Shown here one piece after another: positions 21,961 to 34,412 of a stretch of DNA of 64,000 nt. This DNA comes from Patellaria atrata CBS 101060 (lineage: Eukaryota). The notes under the pieces were generated by a model. That model saw only the letters and a list, made by a program, of their open reading frames with translations. It ran no database searches and had not been told where the DNA came from. A program made the position numbers and the translations under genes. The DNA is taken from assembly GCA_010093705.1 (NCBI GenBank), contig MU006111.1:1-64000 (forward strand), read 5' to 3'. How positions within the stretch are numbered: the stretch's first letter is position 1; each line of letters starts with the position of its first letter.

Positions 21961-24778
21961 TCATGCACACTGGGAATACCATTCATTCTGCCTTGTACAT
22001 ACCGTTCCTGTAACACATTCTGTAGGACCGTTGTATCCCTGTCCTCCACACTGATCCCATTTCCGTACTGTGCCAGTCACGCTCGTGGAAATTGGAATGG
22101 TACCTGAACTGGACTCCATACTAGTCCGGATAGACGAGATAACAATTGTACGAGGAGTGGTGATGACCTTTGTCTTGGTACTTCTCGCTGTAAGCACACT
22201 CGACAATCGTGTACTAGTCTTTAGAGTTGCAACAGCAGAAGAGACTGAAGTAGCAAGAACCGTACCAGACCCTTGGAAGACACCACGGCCGTTGGTACCG
22301 ACAAAGACAAGGCCAGCGGTGTCTTTGCTAGCCGCGAGTGGGTTGGCATCGATGGCTCCAAAACCTTGGCCGCCTTGGATGTCAGTCCATGAAGTCCCTA
22401 CATCACCGCTGGCATACAGCTTGTCCCCGTTGGGGCCTGTCGCAAAGGCGTAGACATTCCAGTATGAGCCAGAGCCTTTGCCCAACGCAATCTGATGAAC
22501 ATTGGTGAGAGACTTTGATACTTGAGTGAAGGAAGTGCCGTAATTAGTACTGTGCAGTATTCCGACGTCTGTTGATACCCACACATCACCCGCAAGGGTA
22601 GGGTTCGCTGCAATGTCCCGTATAGACGCAGCGCTCCCGAGTGCAGTTGTTTTCACAAAGGTCTTACCCGAGTCGGTGCTGATATAAAAAGTTCCACTCG
22701 AGCCACCGTAGAACACCGTTGCATTACGCTTGTCGCTAGCGATGACTGCTCCGCTAGGCAAACTAGATACTTCGCTAAATGTGCCACTATCGTGAGAAAG
22801 CAGGACACCAGATGATGTTGTGGACCAGATGACAGCATCAGCTCCAGCTGATAAAGCAACTTTTCCTCCATACTGGCCAGTTTGAGCTCCAGGATGGACT
22901 GACCATGATACACCGCCATCGGTAGATATTGCAGCTTGAGGTTTACCCTCATTAGAATTCCCTACTCGAATAACCGAAGTAGGGTTGTTCCCAGCGTAGT
23001 CTATACAATTAGTGTCGAGATAAAGGGGGGTATCAGAATACAACACCTACCAACACCGGTATTCGTTGTTAATAGAGGCGTAAGCCAACCCTCCCGTGGA
23101 ACAGTACTCAAGCTCTTTTTGAAGGTGAAACCACCGACGTCTCCAACAGCAGCAAGCAATATGGTTTCACTCGGAATTGAGGCGAGATCTTGAACCGCCT
23201 CTTCTTCGATTCCGTCTGCAAGGCTCTCAATAGTCACTTTATGGACCGTGTCCCATTTGGTCAGATCATGTCCTCCATAGATAGTAAGGCCGGTGCCGTA
23301 TAACCAATGGTCACTATCAAAAGGGTTGATCTCCAATGCCTCGATCATCCATCCTAAGACCTTGGTGTCATCTGCTTGGCGAGAATTATCGATCCATGGC
23401 GCTTTTGGCGTCTATACAATGTTAACGCCTAAATAGCAGTAGACCACGATCTTTTGACTTACGCTGTAGCTATAGTAAAGGTTTTGGTCAGGCCATGCGG
23501 CCCATTCCCATATCGGAGACCAGGTGGCGCCCTGACAGATTTAGTTGTCGGCCTTGAGGCACAGCTCTTAGATGCTCACCGAGTCCGTGGAACGAAATAT
23601 CTGTGCATCTGGGTACCAACTATTAAGACTAGCTACCATCAGCGTCCCGGGCTTCTGCAAGTCAACAGCAAGACCACCGAAACCATAATACAGATCTCCT
23701 CCTTTGACAGGAGTGATATCAGTCCACGTCTTGGAAGTAATATCATATCTGTGAACACTGCCCGTTCCCCCATCATATGGGCCAGTCGTATTGCTGTAGG
23801 TAAGATACAGTACGTTCTGAGCAGGCTGAAGCTTCGCCTTATGGGGAAGGTTTCCTGTCGGTTGATCAGGGATGGCCCTCCAAGTCGCTCCCGCATCCTC
23901 TGATACGTAGACTGATGTAGTTTTGTCAGCTGTGCCTACAAATATGCGTGAGGTTGCACCCTCAACTGTGCCTGAATTTGAGTCGAATGTGATAAAGGCA
24001 AGACCCTGAATGTCGTTGCTGTAGCCACTATTGTCTGTTGGATCTGCTACGTATGTTCCTATTTCGCATTAGCTGTTATTCAACTTTGGATGCTAGTAAA
24101 TCTTACCGACGGCAGTAAATCCAGTCACCTTACTGAAAGTAACGCCCTGGTCAATACTTTTCCAAAGCCCATGTCCACTTCGAGCTCCGTAGTATATGAT
24201 CTTGTTGTTGTTAGGATCGACTGCAAGACGCTCACCCATACCCCGACCAGGCATATTACCGCCCACTTTGAACGTGAGGTTGAAAGAGCTCCAGGTATTA
24301 CCACTATCTGAACTACGGATGATAGCCCCATTGTTTGGATCCCTAATAAAGAGCACTAAGCGAATGTTCTTCCTTAACTAATCGAACTCAGTGAATCTTA
24401 CCAGCTATTTGTATACATCCCAACAGCCGCATACACCCTTTTGGGGTCTATGGGATCCGTGGCTACTGCGTCAATACCCCATCGGTTCCTAATCCAATGT
24501 TTTCAGCTCATTGGTGTCGATACGATTCTGGCAGAGACTTACCATGATGCACTTTGAGCAATTGCATCAGTTAATGGTGTCCAGGAATCATCCGCGTTTA
24601 GTCGATACAGGCCTCCTATATCAGTCCTGGCATACGCGACTCCCTTTGCCTTCTCATTAAAGACAATTCCAGGGACAAACCCGCCACCTCCGCCAATTTT
24701 TACATTGCTCCACTTGTGAACAGCTTCTGCAGTACCTATTCCGATCGCGAACACAGACAAAACAAGTGAGGAATACAT
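21961..24778 (-). CDS. Secreted GH74 xyloglucanase with C-terminal CBM1
   Basis: Signal peptide; [18 protein letters not shown]...[63 protein letters not shown]; Ser/Thr linker; CBM1 [21 protein letters not shown]...WYSQC. Multi-intron. Confidence 0.95.
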
Positions 24779-25345
24779 GTTTAATCCTCTGGTGGGAATC
24801 TCGCTTGGACAAGATCAGAGAGCGACATGCTAAAGTTTATACTTGAACACATGTCCCTATTCCTGTATCTGTTTTCAACCTGAAGTTACATAGACCCCGG
24901 AAAAAATCAATATATTTGGAAAACCCGGGAATGCTCTCCAGACGGTCCTCAAAATCCATGCAATTGTCCGATATGTATAGGGTGACCGAGGGGACATCTT
25001 CAGCTTAGCTCTTTTTTCGGTACAAAAGTTCCTGGTTCTGAAGGTTTCTAGTACAGTGGTGGGTTCCTGCATTGATTTAATATATTTTTAATCATGCGGC
25101 CGGGATGGAAGAAATAGTCGAGCCTCTTATAAACGCTTTGAGGAATTCGGTGATGCGGGCCGTGCGGAGAAACACCAAGTGTAGATAGAATTTGTGCAAA
25201 TCCTCCAGCGCAATGTATTCGTCTAACGGTATACCATTAATACGATAACATATTCTCGGGCGGACTTGAGCCTCTGACGACAATAATGTACTCCGAAGAG
25301 GACCAAAATTCGTTTCCGTTCATCTAAACGGCCAAAACATCCTAC

Positions 25346-27682
25346 TTACATCTCCTCCATCATCACTCTACCTGTCCCATGTAATACGCCATATTCAATC
25401 CATTTCGCTCTTCTCCTCCCCTCAACTATTTTTCCCGGATTCAACACACAACAACCCTCATATTTGACTACAAAAGGTGGCGCTTCCGCATCCGCGAGCA
25501 CTAGAGCCGTGGGCAAGGGGTAAAGGTTCAACACATGCGCGTAATCCCAATGCACAGGACGCGTATGTAGAGGAAATGGTGATAGATGAGATTGTGATAG
25601 AATAGTACGTGTAAGGCGACGTGCGGTTATCGTGTCTGGGTCGAGCTGAGATTCTTTGTCCGAAGTGGACATATCGACATCCATTCCTGCTTCAAGTGCT
25701 CCGTTCGACTTCTCATGAGTGTCCTCTTCATTTTCAACTTCCTTCTGTGTCTTGATCCTAATTGCCGTTCGCCTAAGACGGCCTAGTAAGTCGTCTTTCG
25801 TAAGGACCATCTCTCCCTTCCCCCCAAACCAACATAACCGTGATGGATTAGTCGCCCATATCACTTCCCCTTCTTTCCTCTTTCCTAAGCTGTTACCCAC
25901 TTCTCTGTTGGCTTCCGCTATAACTCTCCTTACTCTACTAGTAAACAAGTCTGGTATGCTTTTCCTCGGAACAGGTACACTCGCCCATGCGTCGTTATCA
26001 CCGGGTACAAAGACAAACGTTGTCCTCGCGATCAAGTCAGGGAAATCGGCCAATACAGCGGCCAAATCGTTAAAGATCTCCTTATACTCGATGCTTCCCG
26101 TATTTGGCGTTCCAGCCATAGTCGCACTCGAAATAAAGTTCCCTATTAAAATAATCGTCATCGGGAACTCCGTGACTGGTCCAGTCGCATAAGTCAAGAG
26201 TAGAGTTCTCAGCGCTGTTAACGTGGTGGGATTATCTAGATTAACCTCCGCGGCTATAACAATCTTTCCATTACTATTATGTGCTGATTCCGGACCTAGG
26301 AGTTTATTCTCAATCCTGCGCATACGTGCACCTGTTGCACGTTCCGAACCCAGGCCTAAGAAGTCTGTCCACCCAAATACAGGGCCCGTAGCAGTATTGC
26401 TTTCTTCGATCCCTAAAGTGGTCGTCCGCCGCTCGCAAGGCGGATGAGCAAGAGAGAAGCTGATGAACTTCCCACCAATTGTTCCACCAATCCCGCCGGT
26501 ATTACCCAAAGTTGAAGCATCCGAAGCTCCGTAATCCTCTTCATAAACACCTTCTACGAGTATGATCATGCCAGGAGTAAACCATGCACTATCCTCTGGG
26601 ATCTGAATAGCGTGCTGAACGTCCAATGCGATAGTACCAGTAAGATCCGAGAGAGCAAGAGTACCGGAGGGAAGGATAGTTAGAAGAGCTAAAAGGAGAT
26701 GGTTGGAACCACTACGGCCCAGCAAATTTGCTATTGGGGTTATTCGATTAGTTGAAGTTGCAAATGAGGCAGATCGATGAAGACTAGACGCTTCGGCAGA
26801 GAAGGAGGGCGTCTGAAACGATTCGTTGCGAAGCACTCGCTGATGAATTAATTGGTATCGTTGGCGGAATAGGTCTGTTTTATGGGATGGTGGAGGAAAT
26901 AGAGACGGCTTAATGGTGGAGCTTTCCCTATGATTAGGTATTATAATTAAAGGGCAAACAAATATGCTTACTCACCTTTCAAACCCCTTTTTCTGAACAT
27001 TGTAGACGAGTTTCGGCTGGTCAAAAGCTCCAATGACTTTTATCCAATGTCTCGGATCATCTCCTTCCTCCTCTTCCTCATCCGCTTCACCATCAGACGC
27101 AACGGTCAAAGCGGACATCCCGAAGCTATTCTGCGCTTCCAGACCTGGTCTCGACTGACCTGTATCGGATGTTCCAGGGTTTGGCCCAAAGTTGAAACTT
27201 GAGGTTCTACTCAGCGCAGGAGTTTTGCTCTGTACGATCCTTCCACCGCTCATGCTACCCTCGAGCGCTTTTAGGATACCCCTGAGTGTATCTCCATCTC
27301 CATCCCCATCCACGATTACCTGAATGCTGCATTGTTTCCAACTCTTAGCTGCTTCCTCTAGCACACGCTCAGCGAGACCCTCCTCTCTCCAACCAGAACC
27401 GCAATGACGTCCAATAAACGCTGCCAACGAGGATAAAGCAGCTGACGTGAGAGTGAGGTTATGCTTTTTAGTAAAGGTTCTGAAAGCAAGTGGTCTTAAA
27501 GTCGCAGGTGGAAGTAAGATCGGCAGTATCGTAGGCTTTAACGCTGCTGGCGCTGGTATAGGAGCTGTTCGTCTATCGAGGATAGGATGGACGGGAGTGC
27601 CGAATGCGGGCGAGGACGATGGTATTGGGTTTGAAGGAGCGGCTGTAGCATCATCTTGTCTTCTCTTCGTAGTTGCCGCCAT
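25346..27682 (-). CDS. DPB2: DNA polymerase epsilon subunit B
   Basis: ILPILLPPATLRPLAFRTFTKKHNLTL, AFDQPKL, DLTGTIALD, GSIEYKE.F..LA, FVFVPGDNDAW and QSHLSPFP..RPVHWDY..VLNLYPLPTALVL; one intron near 26920-26975. Confidence 0.93.
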
Positions 27683-27762
27683 GTTTGAATACTGTAGAGT
27701 TTTGTAGGTGTTCAAATTCTTACTGTATGTTGGTGGTGGCTCTTGAGACGGAGATCAGGAAG

Positions 27763-27776
27763 TCGCGTTCACGCGT
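27763..27776. promoter_or_regulatory. MCB-like (MBF) elements in the DPB2/NASP bidirectional promoter
   Basis: TCGCGT followed by a perfect ACGCGT (27771-27776) between two head-to-head S-phase genes. Confidence 0.55.
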
Positions 27777-27974
27777 CCTTTTGGCGTTCCCGGTGAGATC
27801 ATTCTCAATCTTCTCCAGTACAGTTTGCGGACCTTTGCGACAATTTCAACAACTCACCCAAATTCATCACTCTACTTTTATCGCAGTTGTTAGAGAATCT
27901 ATTCCTATAGTTACCTCTCTACACCCGGTGATCATCAGAGCCACAATCATCGGTCGTACCATAATACAATCAAT

Positions 27975-29514
27975 ATGACAGACACCTCCGAACCTGCCAA
28001 CCTCGAGGAGCTCATCACTTCAGCGAACTTAGCTTACGGGCTAAAGAAATATGATGAAGCATCAGACATATATTCACGTGCAACTGAGTTACAAGCTGAG
28101 AAAAAGGGTGAAATGGCGCCTGAGAACGCGGAACTCCTATATTTGTATGGACGTTGTCTTTATCATGTTGCAGTGAGCCACAGCGACGTTCTAGGCGGAA
28201 AGGTCGCAGGTGAAAAGAAAGATGCGCGCTCAAAAAATAAGTCCCAGAACGGAGAAGCAAGTAGTAGCAAAGCGGAACAACGTTCAGCAGAAGATGTCAT
28301 TGAAGCAGCCGTAGAGACGAAAGATGGAACCAAGGGATCTAAGGAAGAAGAGCCAGAATCGAAGCCGTTCTTTCAGTTTACAGGGGACGAAAACTGGGAC
28401 ACCACGGATGACGAAGAAGAGGAAGCTGGAGGCAACGATGATGCTGCTGCGTTAGAGGAAGAAGACGACTTCGCGACCGCTTATGAGACCCTCGAAGTCG
28501 CACGCGTACTATTGGAACGGCAGCTCCAATCTCTGCCCCAAGACGAGACCCCCGAGCAAAACATCAAAGATAAAGGAAAGGCCTCAGATTCTACTTCAGT
28601 ACAAGATGCTCCCATATACATGACCTCTCAAGCAAGACATCTTTATGAACGTCTAGCGGACACCCATGACCTCCTTGCCGAAATTTCGCTGGAAAATGAA
28701 CGATTTAATGATGCTATCCCAGACGCACGCGCATCCTTAGCTCTCAAAACGAAGTTGTACCCTCCCGAATCCTCCATCCTTGCGGAGGCCCACTTCAAGC
28801 TTTCCCTCGCCCTCGAATTCTCCTCTGTGACTGCTGTCCGGGAAGCGGAACAGGATCCTGCTGATCCCAACATCGCGGATGGCGGCAAAATCGACGAGGA
28901 GATGCGCGGTGAAGCAGCAAAGGAGATGGAAGAGGCAATCGCCAGCTGCAAGCTACGGGTAAAGAAAGAAGAAGACTCGTTAGCCGATTTGTCGGACACG
29001 GAGATTGAGAAGAAGGAAAAGGCAGAAAAAGAGATACAAGATGTAAAAGAAATGATCGGTGATATGGAACAAAGAGTATGTGTTTTGCAATTTTGATCCT
29101 AACATGCCATATGTCCCTTTTTTTTTTCACTCCCTAAGTCCCAATTCCATCTTATCGTCCTTCACTTCTACAGAGATACTCTAACAAACCGCACCGGTAC
29201 AGCTGAAAGACTTGACTACACCCCTCCTCCCACCTTCATTAATTCCGGGTCCGGCAGGGGGTCCCGATTCCGACCCGCTACGAGGTATTCTCGGTTCGCT
29301 TTTGGGCGAGTCACCCGCGCAACAGAAAGCTCGCATCGAAGAGGCAACCAAAGGCGCGAACGACCTGACGGGTTTGATCAAGAAGACCAAAAAGCGAGAG
29401 ACTTCAAGCGGCACCAACGGCAGCACTAATGGTACTAGTAACGGGAAGCGGAAAGCAGAAGAGCTTGATGATGGGGAGGAAGAAGCCGGTAAGAAGGTCA
29501 AGGTAGACGGGTGA
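27975..29514 (+). CDS. NASP/Hif1/Sim3-family histone chaperone (SHNi-TPR)
   Basis: YSRATELQAE..GEMAPENAELLYLYGRCLY, acidic insertion, DDFATAYETLEVARVL, LADTHDLLAEISLENERF, AEAHFKLSLALEF and a C-terminal ANDLTGLIKK plus KRK NLS; intron ~29077-29201. Confidence 0.9.
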
Positions 29515-29951
29515 AGGTTTCAGGAAAGGGATTGGCGTTAGTGGCGTGATATCTCCTTTGGTCCACAAGTCTATAGTTCTAACTTAGAGATGAAACTGGG
29601 AGGTTGGAGGTTAAAGTGTGGTCTCCGGAGTTGGGCTTTTATTCATTTATAGCATTAAGGCTTTGAGGATGCCAAATGTAACGTCATCGATATTGCGGGA
29701 ATACAAATATCATAGTATGCCAGATATCGGTACTTCTTAGGTCAACCACCGGAACCCTTTAAGTGAAGTATACAAGATAGCATCCATCCCTCGAAAGCTG
29801 CTCGGTATCCTGGAAGCTAGCGAATATGAACCAAACACCCAACACCACGAGCAATGCAAATGCTTCCATAATTCCGCACATACACCTTTTCAAGCTGCCA
29901 GTTGTCCCGTCATTAATTATCATGCGAAATCTTCATAGGCAGCCGGGTCCA

Positions 29952-32331
29952 TTACAACAACTCACCTTCACCCTCCTCTTCTCCTTCACTCCACTCCAAC
30001 CCCTCGGCTGCTTCCTCGGCCTTCCTCTGCACCTCCTTCAACCCACTAACCTCCTCCACCCAGCCCTTTTCATTGATCGCCCGCTTCACAAAATCCCACC
30101 CCTCACTCTTATAAAGATCTACAATCTTAGCCGAGCACGCCGAACAGCAGTCGTAAGGCTGGCCTTTGATGCTAAGGCTATTGAAGTTGGAGAGGAAGCC
30201 GCGGATCTGGTGCGGTACGACACCAAGTGGGTGATTGAAAGAATTGCTGGAAGCAGCCTGGAATGCTGCGGTTGCCGGTTGTAGCGTGCTAGAGGATGGA
30301 GCGGATGTGGCAGGTGCGCGTGCTCGCAGAGGGTGTTGCAGGACACTGACCAGGAGCTCGACAAGGAGAGCAGACGCAATGGGGGCAATACCCGGGCGAG
30401 TGACGGTACATTGTTGGTCCAAGGTTGCGTCTTTGAGGGACTAGAACATGACAATTGTCAGTGACCTTATGATCAAAGGGGAGGAAGTCGAATAGTAAGA
30501 TATGAATACTTACGTCTGCCGGTGCTACCACATCATTGCAGAAATAACAACCTAGCTCTTCACCCTCTTTCTCATCTGCTGTGACCATTACACCGTGTCT
30601 CATGACGACGAATGTGTCGAAACCCAAAGCAGCATTCAACACCATCTTTCCAGCAGCCTTTCCCATGACCGTAGGTAGCCACCTGCTTTCCCGCGTATCC
30701 ATGAGTAAGAAAATTGCGTCATGCTCGTCTATTAATCTTCTTAGCTTTTCGAAGTCCGCTTTGGTCTTTTTTTCATCCACTATCGGATGACCCGCCATAG
30801 GTACGCTCATGATATGGCCTTGGGCGTCAACACCTGGATATATTTCCGTGAGGGCTGCTGCTGCCTGGATGGCCTTTTTCGCTCCTCCTTCAAGACAATC
30901 TTTAAAATTGAATAGGGGTTGACGCACTGGATTGGAGAAGGATACAGATGCGTTGTCGATGAACGTGATCTTACGCACACCCCAGCCCATAAGGTTTCGA
31001 GCAACATAGCTGCCTAGAGTCCCCGCACCTAACAGTAAGCATTTGGTGGTTTTAATCACATCCAAATCTATGGAAGGAGCTATACGCCACTTGATGAGTT
31101 TGAGGTTCAAATCAACAGCCTGATCAGCTAATCGTGAGGGATCCATGTACGCTGCGAGATCAACGAGGCGACTAGAGAGTTTGTTTTGCTCGTTGCGTTC
31201 CCAACCCGTTGCTTTAGGCATCGAAAGTAAGTTTCCAGGCTCCTTTGGGTCTGGGCCTGTTGTGGAGTCCGTTGGTGTTAGATAGGACCTAAGATTTAGA
31301 ATTATACTCCTAGATTCATCTCTTCTTATATGGGTGTCACGATAACATAAGACTTGAACTTCATCTAGATGCCACCGTTGTCTTACTAACACCAGGAGAT
31401 TCCTTAACATCCATCCAGGATTCTCAGGATAGTTGGAAGGGTCTGCAAAGCAAACGTATTGATCCTGTTTATCGACTCCATTGAAAAAGCCGGTTTCATA
31501 ATCTGCTAAAGAGCCCACAGCCCACGTATATCCAAATGTTTCGGTTCCAGGGGTCATGGGTGACTTAGGCCTGTTACTCTCCTCTTCACCCTCGCCCGAC
31601 CGTCCGTCCCCGTTGAATGGTTGTTTCCGGACCTTCTTTGCAAGGAAAAACCCATGTTGTCGCGAATCTACGCGATATTTCCATGTCTGTACTGCATCTA
31701 CGAGGCCTGTAGTCTCCTTTGATGTCAGTTGTGACCGACCCGTTCCTGGTCCCTGCATTGATTTCCACGGAGGAGTTGAGTGGATGGCGGGGAATGCGAA
31801 GTGATACGTGAACTTATATTTTTTGAGGTCTGCGAAGGAGATGGCGGAGAATGAAGCTAAAAGAGATGGACACGAATAAATAGTGCCGTCATTTATGGCA
31901 TCCCATATCTAAAGCTCAGTCAGTTCTTCTATTGCAAATTCGCATAGCTCATACTGAGCCTACCGTACGCGCAGCACGCTCCAATACAGCAGCTCTATCC
32001 ATATTCTTGTATTCCTCGATTGTATTTACATTCTTAATCATTCCCTCCGCGCGGTAATAGGAGGCTGGTATCCTACAGTGAACATCTCGTCAGCTTCCTG
32101 CCAACCATAGCTGGTCTCATCTGAGGCTCACTCATCCGTCGTTAAAGCGTTGCCGTAGATTTGCATCCTGCAGCTTCTCTCAGGCTTGTCTCCAGGTCTA
32201 ACCTCATAAAGTCCGAGCAGCTTCCGGGCAGAGTCATTGAGTCTATCATGATTGATCTTAAGGGAAGCTAGAGACGCATAAAAGGCAAGCTCTATGTCCG
32301 AAGACCACGGCGTATACAGTATGCTGGACAT
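29952..32331 (-). CDS. ATG7: Autophagy E1-like activating enzyme
   Basis: [104 protein letters not shown] and PHQIRGFL. Confidence 0.97.
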
Positions 32332-32950
32332 AATGATTTTGCGTGTAGTCGTACGTTCTGTTCGATTGTAAGCTTCGAGTCACTGAGAGTACAGGATGTT
32401 GGGTGAGTTTTGAAATCCGTTACCTATTTCATGTAAGTATATCTACCAAAGTATGTGCTCATCGCGGCAGGTGAGATGATTTGAATAGATGTCTCGGGGG
32501 GTAATGGGGGAGTCAGTTCTAATGGTCTCATGGGCGGCCGTGGGGGGTTATGGGGCCTAATGATGAGCATACGGGAGCATTGGGGGGGTTTGGCGGGGGC
32601 TTCCACCCCCTCCTTTGGGTTTGTTACCTCCACTTACAGTACTTTGTTTGCGGGTAAGGCGGGGTCCCGGCGTGGTCCTGCACTGGAGGACGTATACAAA
32701 ATTACAAATTTTTTAGTACAGTACAGTACAGAACTAAGGTATTGACGGGACGGGAGGTGGTTAAGGTACGGTAGACCGGCTTAGGTTTGTTCTAGGGCTA
32801 CTGTACCGTACCTTACCGATTTGCGTCATGGGACCCCTCGGTGCAGTCCAAGGGGTCCGCCAGGGGTTCAGTGCTAGTGCTCTCCAACGTCTCTCTCGCA
32901 GCCCGAAACTTCACTTCTAAAATTGAGCAAACCATCGAAGTGAATGCAAG

Positions 32951-34237
32951 ATGTTGATTGGGCTCTGCGGAGGTAGGTATGAAAGTAATACGTTCCCGCT
33001 AACAACTCTCTACGTATCACACCTTTTATGTAGTTTTAACACAAATGGGCTAACCATATAAACCCTTTCTATTAGGCATCTGTGCTGGTAAATCTACGAT
33101 AGCAAACTACCTGGTCCAACAGTACAAATTCCGTCGATTATCTCTTGTCCGACCCTCTCCAACCCCCTCCGTCGAGAAAACCGCAAGTGGAGTAAGAATT
33201 CCCGCTTCCAATACCTCCCAGGACGAGGGAAATCTGTGCTTTCAGACCGTTGATGAGCTGCTAGAGTTCGTCACGAAGAGATGGCAAGAACCATGGGTTA
33301 CAACGGATATATGGGATGAATCTACCGTCGATGCTTTGCTGCGGCGCCCTTTTTTCCTCCTTGTGAGTGTGGATGCTCCTGTATCCGTAAGATGGGAGCG
33401 GTTGAGGCAGAGATGTATTGATTCCAAGCTCGAACCTCCCGGCCTCGAATATTTCATTCACGAAAACGATTCCCACCTTTACTCTCCTCTGAGTCCGCTC
33501 GCACCACTCCTTCACCGTGCGCAACTTCGTCTCTTAAATCCACACACTTCACTTGACGTTCTCTATACAGCCCTCCTGGCTCTCGACTTAACAGACGAAA
33601 CTCGTCTACGACCAAGTTGGGACCAATATTTCATGCAGCTCGCGTCCTTGGCTGCACAGAGGTCGAATTGCATGAAGAGGAGGGTTGGCTGTGTCTTGGT
33701 GCGGGAGAAAAGAGTCATCAGTACGGGCTATAATGGCACGCCGCGAGGGATACGGAACTGTAACGAAGGAGGGTGCCCTAGATGTAATGGTGGGCACGGC
33801 TCAGGGGCAGCGCTTTCCACGTGCCTGTGCTTACATGCGGAAGAAAATGCCCTTTTGGAAGCAGGACGTGAACGGATAGGAGAAGGCTCCATACTCTATT
33901 GTGACACGTAAGTATTGTAAACTTGACTCTTCCACTTAGCCCGATGCTATGCTTATGGGATACTCCCGATTTCCTACACCATCGACCGTAGCCAAGCTCT
34001 TTTTCGGCTTTACTTTGCTCTTGATTATTGCTAATCTCCCTATCCAGATGCCCCTGCTTGACATGCAGCATCAAAATCACTCAAGTGGGCATCACCGAAG
34101 TCGTCTTCAGCCAGTCATACAGTATGGACACTGCTACTGCCTCTGTCCTCGAGGAGGGTGGGGTTCGTCTACGCCAATTTTCACCTCCGTGGGAAGGATT
34201 GGTGGATTTGGGTTGCCTTAGGCGGAATAGTAAATAA
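32951..34237 (+). CDS. DCD1: dCMP deaminase
   Basis: MLIGLCGG|ICAGKST, RPSWDQYFMQLASLAAQRSNCMKRRVGCVLV, STGYNGTP, CLCLHAEENALLEAG and CPCLTCSIKI. Confidence 0.95.
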
Positions 34238-34412
34238 CAAGTAAGCTCCCGGAGTACCTCTGGGTTTAATGGAGCCTACGAGTTGAATACGATAGTACCG
34301 AATCATGCCATGTTAGTCATCAACTTAGGGCGACTAGGTGCAAACGATGGGAAAGAAATGATCGTGCACGATAAACCGCGGTCAGTTTGCACCACCATGC
34401 TCTGCCACAGAC

